Below, one piece after another: positions 35,451 through 48,515 of a DNA stretch of 64,000 nucleotides (the stretch's first letter is position 1; each line of letters starts with the position of its first letter). Under the pieces are notes generated by a model. That model did not search any database, was not told where the DNA came from, and saw only the letters and a list, made by a program, of their open reading frames with translations. The translations under genes were made by a program, and so were the position numbers. This DNA comes from Octopus sinensis (lineage: Eukaryota). Where the stretch lies: positions 23,312,001 through 23,376,000 of the forward strand of contig NC_043021.1 of the NCBI RefSeq assembly GCF_006345805.1, given 5' to 3'.

Positions 35451-35865
35451 CTGGAACATTTTTTTGTATCTCGGGAGGGTCATTAAGCCAATAAAAAACA
35501 CACGTACTGGTTCTATTTCACTTCATTATTCGTCACTTTGTTAACAATTTGTTAACGAATTAACTAAATGAATGTTTGATTAACCGTTTGGTTAACCTAT
35601 CAACCAGTTATGGTTGTTAGCGACATTTTGTTGTGTGTGTGTGTGTGTGTGTGTGCTGTTGATGGTTTGTGTGATACAGTTGAATCTATAAGTTCGTTGG
35701 AGAGAAGATGTGAATGTAAAGCGTGCGAATGGTAAAACGTTTATTCCTCATATCTTTATCTATAGTTTCCCTTTCATAAGACATGATATTGTAAGCTTCA
35801 GAGAATAACCCGGATTTTCTTAGTATTAATAATAAAAGAAAAGAAGAAATGAGAATTTTACTTAC

Positions 35866-36023
35866 TTTGACATTGCGAATAATCCAGTATAGGTATTCGT
35901 TTCCCTGAGCCTTCAAGACACGTGCCAAAGACAGCAACAGTTCTGTTATAGACTTCTTTAATATACTTAACGAAGGCTGGCAAGTGACATCCACACTTCA
36001 TAAGCTTATTGTATTCGAGGTAA
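35866..36023 (-). CDS. Host LRR gene exon: last LRR strand + LRRCT cap, phase 2-1
   Basis: tcattacag|T-YLEYNKLMKCGCHLPAFVKYIKEVYNRTVAVFGTCLEGSGKRIPILDYSQCQ-A|gtaagt; CxC...C...C LRRCT pattern; 158 bp. Confidence 0.88.
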
Positions 36024-36584
36024 CTGTAATGATAAAGAGAACTCTGAATGCGTTTCAGATCAACAGAGAAATTCCTATGTGATTTGACAAGAAACAAAGA
36101 TGATAAAATTTGAGCAGGTTTATAAACGCTATGACATTCAGTTTTATAAGTGTTGTTAATAACATCAATATTGCGAAATGGTTTCTAGTAGAAAGTGGAA
36201 GCACTAAGGTTCTATTCTCGTTTAGCTTAGATATTGAATAATAAAGTACCTTTAAATAAGATTACTAGCCACTTGAAACGATTCTATTTTATTGTAGTTT
36301 AGGGACATTTTAGTGTCGGGAATTTGGTGGTAGGGATCTTGCGCCGCTTTATCTGAGAAAACTCATTTAGACGGGCGGCTTTGGCGCTAAGAAGGTCGTG
36401 TTTATTCTATGTAGCAACTGGTTTTAAAACTAGAGACGTACCAGCGCAGAAACTGAGAGATTACAGTGTTGTACATTTTATAGCTTCAGCGGTACAGACA
36501 TGTATAGTAATACTCCTAATTAAGAAGGGGAAAATTAATATTCAATTTTGATATATCAATTTGAATATTTTCAGTCAATAATAA

Positions 36585-36888
36585 ATCTCAATGTTGCTAA
36601 CCACAAAGGGTGGGTGTTACTATAGCTTTTAACCCCAGGAGATCATCGTCAGCGCAGGGTATTCACCGGTTTACGATCGTAAACCGGTGATTACCGTGCG
36701 TTGACAAGAGGCAAATACCTCGAAACTGCGGTCCGTGCGTATCACTTAGGCTTATGAGAGAGGGATGACCTCCCTTTGCAAATACCATAAGGGCACATAT
36801 AGTGTGCCTAAAGCCAGTTGGAGACGATGATCTCCTGGGGCTACAAGCTACAGTAACACCCACCGTCAGTGGTTAGCCATATTGAGAT
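36585..36888. mobile_element. MITE with ~65-bp imperfect TIRs
   Basis: ATCTCAATGTTGCTAACCAC..GGTGGGTGTTACTATAGCTTTTAACCCCAGGAGATCATCGTC mirrored at 36824-36888. Confidence 0.8.
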
Positions 36889-37015
36889 GGCTATTATACA
36901 ATATTTTCAGTGTTTTTAAAAAAGAGCAACAGCAAGAACAACAGCAACAACATCAACAAAAATACAACGAAAACAACAACAACAACAACAACAACAATAA
37001 TAATAATAATAATTA

Positions 37016-37284
37016 AACAATCATGACTATTTGAAGTGAGAAATAGAAGGTTGTTGACAATGAAGAGAGTAGAGGTGATACCAGTAGTAATTGGTACATT
37101 TGGAAGTATTAGCACTCAACTCCCAGCATGACTGAAAACAATTGGTACAAGTGTGAAGGTAGAACACCTAAAAGAAATCAGTATTGCTTGGAACGCAAGA
37201 ATTCTTCGTAGGGTTCTTGAAGTATAAACAGTAAACAAGTAACACTTTCCATCAAACCCAGAAAAGTAAGCTGTGAGTTTTCAT

Positions 37285-37290
<6 letters not shown>
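37016..37290 (+). pseudogene. 3' end of an R4/Dong-like LINE followed by (TGA)n
   Basis: ..MKRVEVIPVVIGTFG..LKTIG..VEHLK....ARILRRVLEV*; preceded by (AAC)n/(AAT)n. Confidence 0.7.
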
Positions 37291-37326
<36 letters not shown>

Positions 37327-37535
37327 ATGATGGTGATGATTATGATGGTGATGGTGATGATAATGATGATGATGATGATTATGATGGTGATGATTATGAT
37401 GATGATGGTTGTGATGATGATGATATGATGATGATGATGATGATAATGATGATGATAATGATGATGATGATGATGATGATGATGGTGATGAGGAGGAGGA
37501 GGAGGAGGGGAGGGGGAGGAGGAGGAGGAGGAAGA
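37291..37535. repeat. (GAT)n/(GGA)n compound microsatellite
   Basis: Direct reading. Confidence 0.9.
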
Positions 37536-37559
37536 GTAGGATAATCCAAAGTGCTTAGG

Positions 37560-37712
37560 AGAAGAGAAAAGAAGACCTTCTTTAAATGAGAATGCATGGA
37601 CAGTTTGAAAGGAATAAACAGGATGTTAAGGATAATACAGCATCGTGGGCATGGCTTGAGCGAAGTGATTTGAAGCGTACCACTGAAAGCCTGATCATTG
37701 TTGCATAAGACC
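37560..37712 (+). pseudogene. R4/Dong-like ORF fragment
   Basis: MHGQFERNKQDVKDNTASWAWLERSDLKRTTESLIIVA*DQAL. Confidence 0.65.
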
Positions 37713-37966
37713 AGGCTCTCGCTGCCTCATTGGTCTGTCTCATTTGCTGTGTATTGACCAAAACCAAATAATCCATTGATGAGGAGGTCATCCGATAATC
37801 CCTAAAGCCAAAAACCTCTCAGTTCAATTGTCTTATGTCTGAGTAGAAATTAGAGGGAAAATGAATGAAAGAAGGTTTAAGCTTCTCATTTGACCCTTCA
37901 CATGCAATCATAGACATCTTCATACACATTCAAGCATGAATATGGTAGTAGAAAGTAAAGTTAGAG

Positions 37967-38006
<40 letters not shown>

Positions 38007-38788
38007 TATGAATGTAAGCCATTGCCACCATTCTGTACTACATACTGCAGTAAATTTATTAGAGAGGAGAAATGAGAAAATGATAATTGAAAATAACAGA
38101 TACCAAATAAAATTAGGTAGGATGTGGTTAGAGAATATATAAATGGCATACTAGATTTAGAGGATATTCTAGATATAGATGATATGCTATGATAGATTTT
38201 GATGATATGTTTGAAGAGATGACATACAAGATATGGATAAATCTACTAAATATAGCTAACCTGCAATATAGAGATTACCAGCTACAAGATATAAGTGGCA
38301 TACGAGCTACTGTTGGCAAACGGTATTGTCATATAAGTGCTGTGGCGAAAGTTGATAGGTATTGCGAAGCTGCGAAATATTGCTGAGTAAAATACCAGTT
38401 ATATTTGACATGAGAGATTTAGCTTTATAAGCATTCTAAATATAAGTGGAAATTATAGCAGATATATCTGAAATTGTAGGTATTGGAAATATTTTCTCTC
38501 CTCGCACTTCCTTTATTGAATATGATTTTCAGAAGAGAATATTCTGAACCTTTTAGGAATTTTGCTACATCGTAATGCAATTCTATAATGTTCTGATAAA
38601 TACAATTTTGAAATAGATCTGCTTGTATACCTCCCAACCTCTAATACTGCGCAAACGTTGTTAGTTTTACTACTACTATTGTCTCCCTTAAAGGTTCTCC
38701 ATTCCAAGCAGTGTGGTTAAGCTTTAATAGGGATAGGATTGTGTTAAATTTCCCTCTTTCTTTACCTCTCCACACACACGTGTATATA

Positions 38789-38819
<31 letters not shown>

Positions 38820-38924
38820 ATTAACACAGAAGAATGGAGATATCATACACATTGAATCAGATTGGCAAATCACAAAATCTTGCGATACAGTAATACTGCG
38901 TATTAATCGGCCCTTTAGTTACAG

Positions 38925-39090
38925 GGTGTTCTCTTTTCATGTTCTGAGTTCAAAATTTGGAGGACGATTTTGCCTTTCATCTTTTTGGGGTCGATGAATT
39001 AAGTACCAGCCGAGCACTAGGGTGGATGTAATCGACAAGCCCCCAGCCACAAAATTGCAGGCCTTGTGCTTATCGTAGAAAGAATATTTT
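38925..39090 (+). mobile_element. SINE fragment (same family as 34571-34775)
   Basis: GTTCTGAGTTCAAA..TTTGCCTTTCATCTTTTTGGGGTCGATGAATTAAGTACCAG..GGCCTTGTGC..GTAGAAAGAATATT. Confidence 0.7.
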
Positions 39091-39589
39091 AGCCCCTTGA
39101 TTACCAAATTACCAAATGGCTTCGTGGTAGAAAAACAGAGGCAAATACAGCAATCATCAGAAATATTTGAATGGAATTTTTGTGGTTCTTCTTCCTTCTG
39201 ATAACTCCGTTGTCATAAGGATATAATAAGTAATAACAATATATATATATGTGTGTGTGTGTGTATGCTTATATATGCACATACGCATACACACACAGGA
39301 AAATTTATATATGTGTGCATGAAGGTTTGTATGTAGGCCACTCTCTCGACTCCAGTTAATTATGAGTATTTATAAACATGGGGTAAACTAGATCAAACCA
39401 ACCTTCTGATATTTGAACATAATCTTTTCGATAATAAAACACAGTGCTCGGAAATCATGTTGATCCACTGAAATTTAAATCAACTCATTGTTGTTTATTA
39501 CCAACAACATTTAACGAGGAATTGAGAATTTTATGACCTCATTTTATTATTTTCATTTTCCTATAACCCAAAAGAACTTGTTTGCTTAC

Positions 39590-39661
39590 ATTTTAACTAT
39601 GCTGGGAAGGAATAAGAAAGCGCCATCTTCATATTTTTCTATTGGGTTGCTGTTCAAATAT
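39590..39661 (-). CDS. 72-bp LRR exon (terminal divergent repeat), phase 2-2
   Basis: ctctttttcag|A-YLNSNPIEKYEDGAFLFLPSIVK-AT|gtaagc. Confidence 0.9.
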
Positions 39662-40165
39662 CTGAAAAAGAGACAAATATTACACACTTTAAAATAAGTA
39701 AAAGTAAATAAATATGTTTTTCCTGTTCAGTACTAAATTGCGTTTCAGTCAACATTAACAGGGTAAATGCTGATATTACACACTATAATTGTTTATTTCG
39801 CTTTATAGTTCTGTGGGAAGTGTTGTTTGAACAAGAATAGGTTCCTTCAATCTAACTTAATTATCCTAAAAGAAAACCTAATAACAAAACAGCAAAAGAC
39901 GGAAGGGAATAAAATACAAAAATAAAAAAAATAATAAGGAGACTTTCTTATGTGCACAATATGGGTTTTAGTCAACATTCTCATCTATGGTAGAAATATC
40001 ATCCTCCATACAGGCAAGGTTCTGTGGCAGGAAAATTACATCTCACATCCATGGATTCTTTAGTCCAACTGTGTGGCACCTTGGACAAATAACATTAACT
40101 ATAACCTTGGGTCAACTAAGCGTTGTGAGTGAATTTGCAGCAGGAAACTGTGTGGATTCCCTTCG

Positions 40166-40199
<34 letters not shown>

Positions 40200-40224
40200 A
40201 TATATATGCGTGTGCTTGTCTTTG

Positions 40225-40420
40225 TGTTTATCCCCACCAACGCTTGATAACCAATATTGGTTTGTTTACATCCCCCGTAACTTAGTGATTCCTCAAAAGG
40301 TATCCGACTGATTAAGTGCCAGATTTTAAAAATTCAGTACTAAGGATGATTTGTTCGAGTAAACGCTTGAAGGTAGTACTCCAGCATGGCCGCAAACTGA
40401 AACAAGGAATAGTAAAAGTA
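40225..40420 (+). mobile_element. Octopus-type SINE (second family)
   Basis: CGCTTGATAACC..TTGGTTTGTTTACATCCCCGTAACTTAG..CTCCAGCATGGCCGCA..CTGAAAC. Confidence 0.65.
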
Positions 40421-41299
40421 CATACTCCAGTAGCAGTGTAATTGATAAAAAAAGGCTTTCAAAAAAATAGAATATTAATTATTGCAATAACATTGACCAT
40501 CTTCAGACCAGTGCATAACTATCAGAATCCTATTCAAAGTTCATAAAACAATGGTCACCTTTTGGTAGAAGATATATACTAGGTACCTATAAAATGACTT
40601 TACAATTTGAACACTTCGGAAGACAATGAAGAACAAGGATAGCTCATCAAACTTTATTGGAAATCATTGGCAAACAAATATCAGAAGCATTAGAACACTT
40701 CGACGTGGATTTAATTGTTACCAATTCTACGTCGCTAAAAGCCACACTGCTTTTTTCTTGGTTGATTTTTATAACGGGATTTTTACTAAAAGAGTCTTCC
40801 CCATGAAGACGTTCTTTTAAATTTGATTAATCTACACATTTCCTTTGGAAATAACTGAGATATTTTGATTCAAAGTCACTTTTTTGCCTTACGCTGCCAT
40901 TTTTTACCTCGAAAACTTTGAAATAAATATTTTAAAGAATCAATTTCCAATTATTTCAGCTCCAAATGTAGCTTACATCTCGATCATCATTGCCAAAACG
41001 ATGCAATTAATTAGGTTGAGAGCTGAATTACTAATTAAATCATGTAATAGGAGTGGAAGAGCTGCACTCTGTTGTTCAGTCTCTAAGTGCAGTTCAGTAA
41101 CAAGGACGGGGTGTCAAATGTTGGGGTGCCGGGTGGGATAATCTATAGTCACCTTGATACTTTGGTGGATGGAGTTGGCTACTTGCTGGATGCTCTCCAT
41201 TATGTTCCTCTCAGTTTCTACATTACCGTTACTAGAGCTGGTCTTAACTGTGATATTAATGCCATATATATACCTACAGTAAATTAGAAGAGTTGTGGA

Positions 41300-41830
41300 T
41301 TGTTTTGCCAAGGATTGCTTAGGTTTTCTGATCCACCAGGTCATGAAGAGGCCGGCAATATCTCCAGATACACCGACACAAATGGCTGCACCTTGAACTT
41401 ACATGTATAGTTTCAAGCATTTGTCTTATGAAGGAAGGCCGAAGACGCACGACCTTTGTTCTCTCGAAAAACGATGACGCCGTGGTGATCTCATTCTTGG
41501 TCACTACATCATAAGCGGAAAGTGTAAACTCTCGAAAGAGCTGTTCTTCACTCCTGCTCCAGAGCGTCGGCTGCAGGGTCACTCCGAAAAGCTCTATCTA
41601 CGAGGATTTCATCTCAATCGAAGGAGAGAGGCTTTCTCCGTCCGGGTTGCGGATCCGTGGAATTAGCTGCCGGACGAGATAGTGAAGATGCCGACGACCG
41701 CTCGGTTCAAAGTCTCTCTTGACCAGAAATAGCCTGAACTCTTTGTATGACCACCCTCCCTGTACATAACGCCCTGTCCCCCTACATGGCCTTGCTTTTG
41801 CTTTTTGAGACTAAACTAAACTAAACTAGT
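41300..41830 (+). pseudogene. 3' fragment of a CR1-like LINE with (CTAAA)n tail
   Basis: DLCSLEKR*RRGDLI..LFF..GHSEKLYL..RRREAFSVRVADPWN*LPDEIV..RFKVSLD. Confidence 0.75.
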
Positions 41831-42231
41831 GATACTTTAGTCTGTGGTTCTTCAAGGTGGTTCTTACGCTAGCTCCTACTGCCTGTGCAATCATTTCTTC
41901 CTTCTAATTGTTGTTCTCAGGGAGTTGGGTGGGTAGGATCCAGCCACACCAGCGCTCAGTGGTGTATTTATTTACTGCTGAAGTGATGGTGGGTGGTCTA
42001 AGAATGTGTGATCTGGTGGGGTAGAATATATAGTCTAAGAACGAGACACGGATCACGCGTGTTGACCTCACTTCACATTTCACAGACAATCTCATTACAT
42101 TATACTCCAGCAAAATCGATGTCAATAGATGGGTAGAGGGAACCAAGTCCTTAGTGTCCACTACACAACATGTGAAGAACTTGGAGTGACCAAAATACTC
42201 ATTTTATTGAGGATGTCCTCAGTGCTAACAT

Positions 42232-43470
42232 AGAAGAAGAAGGAGAAGAAGAAGAAAAAGAAGAAGAAAGAAGAAGAAGAAGAAGAAGAAGAAGAATAAG
42301 AAGAAGAAGAAGAAGGAGAAGAAGAGAAAAGAAGGAGAAGAAGAAGAGAATAAAAAGAAGAGGAGAATAGGAGGAGAAGAAGAAGAAGGAAGAAGAATAG
42401 AAGAGAAGAGAAGTAGAAGAAGAGAAGAATAAGGAGGAGAAGAAGAAGAAGAAGAGAGAGAATCTAAGGAGAAGGAGAAGAAGAAAAGAGAAGAAGAAGA
42501 AGGAGAAGAAAGAAGAAAGAGAAGAAGAAAGAAGAAGAAGAAGAGAATAGAGAAAAGAAGAGGAGAGGAAGAAAGGGAGAAGAAGAAGAAGAGAAGAAAG
42601 AAGAAGAAGAAGAATAAGAAGGAGAAGAAGAAAAGAGAAGAAGAAAGAAGAAGAAAAGAATAAAGAAGAAGAAGAAGAAGAAGAGAAGAGAAGAGAAGAA
42701 TAAGACGAAAGAAAAAGAAGAAAAGAAGAAAAGAAGAAGAAGAAGGAAGAAAGAATAAGAAGAGAAAGAAGATAAAAAGAAGAAGAAGAAGAGAAAGAAG
42801 AAGAAGAAGAAAAAGAAGAAAAAGAAGGAGAAAAAAAGAAGAAGAAGAAGAAGAAGGAGAAGAAGAAGAAGAAGAAGAAGAAAAAGAAGAAGAAGAAGAA
42901 AAGAAGAAGAAGAAGAAGGAGAAGAAGAGAAAAGAAGGAGAAGAAGAAGAGAATAAAAAGAAGAGGAGAATAGGAGGAGAAGAAGAAGAAGGAAGAAGAA
43001 TAGAAGAGAAGAGAAGTAGAAGAAGAGAAGAATAAGGAGGAGAAGAAGAAGAAGAAGAGAGAGAATCTAAGGAGAAGGAGAAGAAGAAAAGAGAAGAAGA
43101 AGAAGGAGAAGAAAGAAGAAAGAGAAGAAGAAAGAAGAAGAAGAAGAGAATAGAGAAAAGAAGAGGAGAGGAAGAAAGGGAGAAGAAGAAGAAGAGAAGA
43201 AAGAAGAAGAAGAAGAATAAGAAGGAGAAGAAGAAAAGAGAAGAAGAAAGAAGAAGAAAAGAATAAAGAAGAAGAAGAAGAAGAAGAGAAGAGAAGAGAA
43301 GAATAAGACGAAAGAAAAAGAAGAAAAGAAGAAAAGAAGAAGAAGAAGAAGAAAGAAGAAGAAGATAAAGAAGAAAAAGAAGGAGAAAAAGAAGAAGAAG
43401 AAGAAGAAAAAGAAGAAAAGAAAAAGAAGAAGAAAGAAGAAGAAAAAGAAGAAGGAGAAGAGGAAGAAAT
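42232..43470. repeat. ~1.2-kb (GAA)n-rich purine tract with internal 603-bp duplication
   Basis: Marker AATCTAAGGAG at 42461 and 43064. Confidence 0.9.
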
Positions 43471-44402
43471 TAATCTAATGGAAATGCGGATAAATAACTT
43501 TATTTATAAAGAATTTATATGGTAGTATAACGAATAAGGGAAGAAGAAGAAGAACAAGAAGAACAAGAACAAGAAGAATAACAAGAAAGAGAAGAAGAAA
43601 AGAAGAGAAGAAGAAGAAGAAGAACAGGAAAGAGAAGATGAAGAAGAAGGAGGAGACGAAGAATAAGAAGAATAAGAAGAAGGAGAAGAAGAAGGAGGGG
43701 GAGGAGGAGGAGACGAAGAAGAAGAAGAAGGAGAAGACGATGAAAAGGAAGAAGAAAATGAAGAAGAATGAGGAGGAGAAAAAGAAGAAGGGGAGGAGAA
43801 GGAGAAAAAGAAGAAAAAGGAGAAGAAGAAGAAGAAGAAAAGAAGAAGAAGGAGGGGGAGGAGGAGGAGAAAAAGAAAAAGGAGGAGGAGAAGGAGAAAA
43901 AGAAGAAGAAGCAGAAAAAGAAGAAAAGGAAGAAGAAGAAGAAGGAGAAAAAGGAGGAGGAGGAGGTGAAGAAGAAGAAAAGGAAAAGAAGGAGAAGGAG
44001 AAGAAGAAGAACAAGGAGAATTACAAGAAGAAGAACAAAAACAACAACAACAAAAACAAAAAAATTTTTCGGTTGAGGTGTGGATAAATAACCACACGGC
44101 ACCACAGAATCAACAGAACAATGTGTAAGAAAATAGTAGCTAAAACTTATATTAATAGTGCAGATACAGACATACATATGAACATACACATATATATTTT
44201 CAGGAATAACATTTTTATGCAGACAATTATCAACTGACAGTCATTGACATGTTCAGACTCAATCAAATAAATATAAGACGAATATGAGAACTGAATATGA
44301 TTTACAGTAATAGAGAGTGAGAAAACATGGAAATAAGGGGATATTAAATTTAAAGACATTGTATATTCCTCATGTATAAACGACAACATTGAAAGAACTT
44401 AC

Positions 44403-44474
44403 AATTTCTCTAAGTTGTGAAGGCCTTCAAACATCTCTTTTTCAATCCTTGAAATTTTATTGTAGGAAAGACGT
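44403..44474 (-). CDS. 72-bp LRR exon, type B (B5)
   Basis: cctgcttcag|A-RLSYNKISRIEKEMFEGLHNLEK-TT|gtaagt. Confidence 0.9.
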
Positions 44475-45544
44475 CTGAAGCAGGAAACAATATTGGTTAG
44501 ATTAACATAGTGTGAATTGCGATAACATATTCAATATTGTTCCTTATAAAAAGGGACAAAATTATAGGAAAATAATACGAGAGGAAGAGGAACAGGAAAG
44601 AGATTGAGGAGAAGAAGAAGACAAGGAAGGGGAGGTGGGGAAGGGGAAACGGAGAAGACAAGGAGGAAGTGGAGGGGGGACAAGAGGTAGAAAAAGGAGG
44701 AGTTGGAGGAGGAAGAGGAGGGGAGGTGAATAAGGATGAGGACAGGGAAGGACAAGGAGATGCAGCAGGGGGGGGGAATAGGAGGAGGTGCAGAGGTAGA
44801 GTATAAGAAGATATAGAAGATTAAAAAGTGGAGGAAGGAAAAGAAGAAGTAGAAGGGGGAGAAGGGGGAGGAGAAGAAGAAGAAGAAGAAGAAGAAGAAG
44901 AAGAAAAAGAAGTAAAGGAGAAGAAGAAGCGGAAAATGAAGAAGAAGAAGAAGAAGCATCAAAAAAGAAGGAGAAAAAAGAAAAAGAAGGAGAAGAAGGA
45001 AGAAGAGGAAAATAGGTGGAGGCGGAGGAGTAGCAGGAAGGGGAAGAAGAAGAGGACAAAGGAGAAGGAGGACGAGGAGAAGTAGGGAAGAAGAAGAAGA
45101 AGAAGAAGAAGAAGAAGAAGAAGAAGAAAAGAAGAAGAAGAAGAAGATGAAGAAGGTGAAGGAGAAGAAGAAGAAGATGACACTTTGAAAATCATGTTGT
45201 TCAAGACGAAACTGAAATTGTTCTCAAGATATCAGGAAATATTTCAAGGATAGATCGATAAATTTTGGGCGAGATGACATAGCTGAAAAATCAGGGAATA
45301 TACGGAATCAGAAATCAACATATTCAAATGCACATTATTTCACTTTCTCTCTCAAATGCTCTCTCTTTCTTTCACAGTGTCTCGCTCTCTCATATTCTCT
45401 TTGTATCTTCCTAAATCGTGTTCATTCAACAAATTTGAATTGATTTTGTTCGATGCAGTCTGAAATTTTATACATTTGTGAGCTTATATATCAGCATCAA
45501 TTATTACTTTCGGAAAATAGTATCAAGAAACTGAACGAACTTAC

Positions 45545-45616
45545 AATTCTTTTAAATTCGAAAGCCCCGTGAATGCACCTTCTTTGATTGTTGAAATGTT
45601 GTTCTCGTACAAGGCT
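45545..45616 (-). CDS. 72-bp LRR exon, type E (E8)
   Basis: ctgctatag|A-ALYENNISTIKEGAFTGLSNLKE-TT|gtaagt. Confidence 0.9.
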
Positions 45617-47167
45617 CTATAGCAGTAAAGAAAGAGTAAAATAGATTATATGGAAAATATTTGTGATGCGACATCAAACAATGTGACTTCAGAATGAAAG
45701 GAAGAAAAAGAAGAAAGATAACGAGGAAGAAGAAGGAGAAGAAGGAGGAGGAGGAGGAGAAGTAGAAGAAAAAGAAGAAGAAGAAGAAGAAGACATGGAA
45801 AATGAAGGTGTTCAAGATGAAAACCGAAAAAGTATTGAAAGACAGAAGAAGAAGAAAAAAAGAAGAAGAATGAGAGAAAAGAAGAAGAAGAAGGATGATG
45901 ATGAAGAGGAGGGAGAGGGAGAATTACAAGAAGAAGAAGTAGTAGAAGAAAACGAAGAAGTAAAAGAAAAACATATGAAGAAGGAGGAAGAGGAGGCGAA
46001 GAAGAAAAAAGTAGAAGAAGAAGGAGAAAAAGAATAGGAAGAAGAAGAAGAAGAAGAAGAGGAAGGAGAAGAAAAAGAAGAAGAAAAAACAGAAGAAGTA
46101 GCAGAAGGAAGAGGAGGAAAAAGGGGAGGAGGAGGTGGTTGAAGGGGGAAGGAGAAGTAGAAGTAAAAGAAGAAGAAGATAAGAAGAAGAAAAGGAGGAG
46201 GAAAAGTAGATGAAGTAGTTAAAGAAAAAATGAAGTTGAAGAAAGAGAAGATGAAGAAAAAGGAAAGAAGGAGGAAGACGAGGAGGGAAAGTAGAAGAAG
46301 AAGAAGAAAACGGAGCAGTAGGGGGACAGGAATGTGTCAGGAGGAGAATAACAAGAAGAGAAAGGAGAGGAGATCGAGGGAGATTGATAGGAAGAGAATT
46401 ATGAAAAGAAAATGAAGATGAAGATGAAGAAAAAAATAGAAAAAAGAGTAGTAGGGGGATGAGGAGGTGGAGGAGTAGAAGAAGAATAAAAGAAAAAGAA
46501 GGACGAGGAGGAGAAGGAGGAGAGAAGGAGGAGAGAAGGAGGGAGAAGGAGGAGAGGAGGAGGAAGAAGGAGAAGTAGTAGAAGAAGAAGAAGAAGAAGA
46601 AGAAGAAGCAGAAGTAGAAGTAAAAGTAGAAGAAGAAGATGAATAGAAGAAAAAGAAGGAGCAGGAGGAGGTGCAGGAGGATAGGCAGAGGAAGAAAGAA
46701 GAAGAAGAAGAAGAAGAAGTAAAAGAAGAAGAAGAAGAAGAAGAAGATAAGAAGATAAGAAGAAGAACAACAACAACAACAAAAAGAAGAACAAAAAGAA
46801 GAAGAAGAAGAAGACACATTGAAAATCATGGCGTTCATGTTGAAACTGAAAATGTTCTCAAAATATCAGGAAATAATTCAAGGATAGATCGATAAATTTT
46901 GGGCGAGAAGACATAGCTGAAAAATCAGGGAATATACGGAATCAGAAATCAACATATTCAAATGAAATCATTCACATTCTTATATTCATAGTATCAACGA
47001 CGGAATGCGCTATGCACACTCACATCACACATATTCCCACTAACCCTTGTGGAAATATGGTGAGAGAGATTATTTATTTCATATCGCTTCATTGTCACAA
47101 GAATATTAGAAAACACACGCTTACAAGAAATATATCAGCAGTTTAATTGTATCAGGCCAAATATTCC

Positions 47168-47221
47168 AGCCCCGTGAATGCACCTTCTTTGATGGTTGCA
47201 ATGTTGTCGTTGTCAAGATAT
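47168..47221 (-). pseudogene. Truncated type E LRR exon (E7), donor deleted
   Basis: Acceptor intact, YLDNDNIATIKEGAFTG, then fused to D-block sequence at AGC microhomology; reads into TGA. Confidence 0.75.
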
Positions 47222-47698
47222 CTATAGCAGTAAAGAAAGAGTAAAATAGATTATACGGAAAATATTTGTGATACGACATCAAACACTGTGACATCTGAAT
47301 GAAAGGAAGAAAAGAAGAAAGATAACGAAGAAGAAGAAGAAGAAGAAGAAGAAGGGGAAGAAGGAGGAGGAGGAGGAGGTTGAGTAGGAGAAGAAGAAGA
47401 AGAAGTAGAAGAAGAAGAAAAAGAAGAAGAAGAGGAAGAGGAAGGAGAATTGACGAGGAGGTGGAGGAGGCGGAGGAGGTGGAAGAGGCGGAGTGGTGGA
47501 GGAGGCGGAGGATGTGGAGAGGCGGGGATGTTAGGAGTAGGACAAAGGAAGGGATGACTGTGGAGGGGCAGCTGGGGGTTGCAGCAGAAGGAGCAGGAAG
47601 AGCAGGAGACTGAGAATAAGAGGAAGAATTGGCAGAGAATGGAAAAGAGGGAGACCAGTGACGAAGCAGAGAGTACAGAGAAGAAAAAGAAGAAGAAA

Positions 47699-47729
<31 letters not shown>

Positions 47730-48515
47730 AGAAGAAGAATAAGAGGGAGAAGAAAAAGAAGAAGAAGAGGAGGAGGTAAAAGAAGAAGACAAAAAAGGAA
47801 GAAGAAGAAGAATAAGATACAGAAGAAGAAGAGGGAGTAAAAGAAGAAGAAGACAAAGAAAAGAAGAAGAAGAAGAAGAAGAAGAAGAAGAGAAGAAGAA
47901 GAAGAAGACAAAGAAAAGGAAGAAGAAGAAGAAGAAGAAGAAGAGGAACATGAAGAAGATGAAGAAGGAAAGAAGAAGAAGACGAAGAAGATGAAGAAGA
48001 AGAAAAATAGAAGAGAACGAAGAAATTGAAGAAGAAGGAGGATGAGTAGGACGAAGAGGGGAGGTTGAGGAGGAGAATTGCAATAAGAAGAAGAAGAAAA
48101 ATGAGAAGGAGGTGGAGGAGGAGGGGGAATAGGAGAATTACAAGAAGAAGAATAAAACAACAACAACAATAACAAAAAAATGATCTCGGTGGAAGTGTGG
48201 ATAAATAACCACACGGACCTCAGAATCAACAGAACAATGTGTAAGAAAATAGTAGCTAAAACTTATATTAATAGTGCAGATACAGACATACATATGAACA
48301 TACACATATATATTTTCAGGATACATTTTATGCAGACAATTATCAACTGACAGTCATTGACATGTTCAGACTCAATCAAATTAATATAACACGAATATGA
48401 GAACTGAATATGATTTACAGTAATAGAGAGTGAGAAAACATGGAAATAAGGGGATATTAAATTTAAAGACATAGTATATTCCTCATGTATAAACGACAAC
48501 ATTGAAAGAACTTAC

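Noticed and set aside
38100-38710. Additional LRR exons or a coding gene
   Set aside because: All frames after the candidate acceptor close quickly; no LRR pattern.
39121-39170. CTGATGA (minus, 39154-39160) as a hammerhead
   Set aside because: No GAAA/NUH or pairable stems.
42099-42160. 62-bp minus-strand segment encoding ..LTSILLEYN as an LRR exon
   Set aside because: Wrong length and phase (1-0) to splice into the phase-2 LRR chain; weak acceptor.
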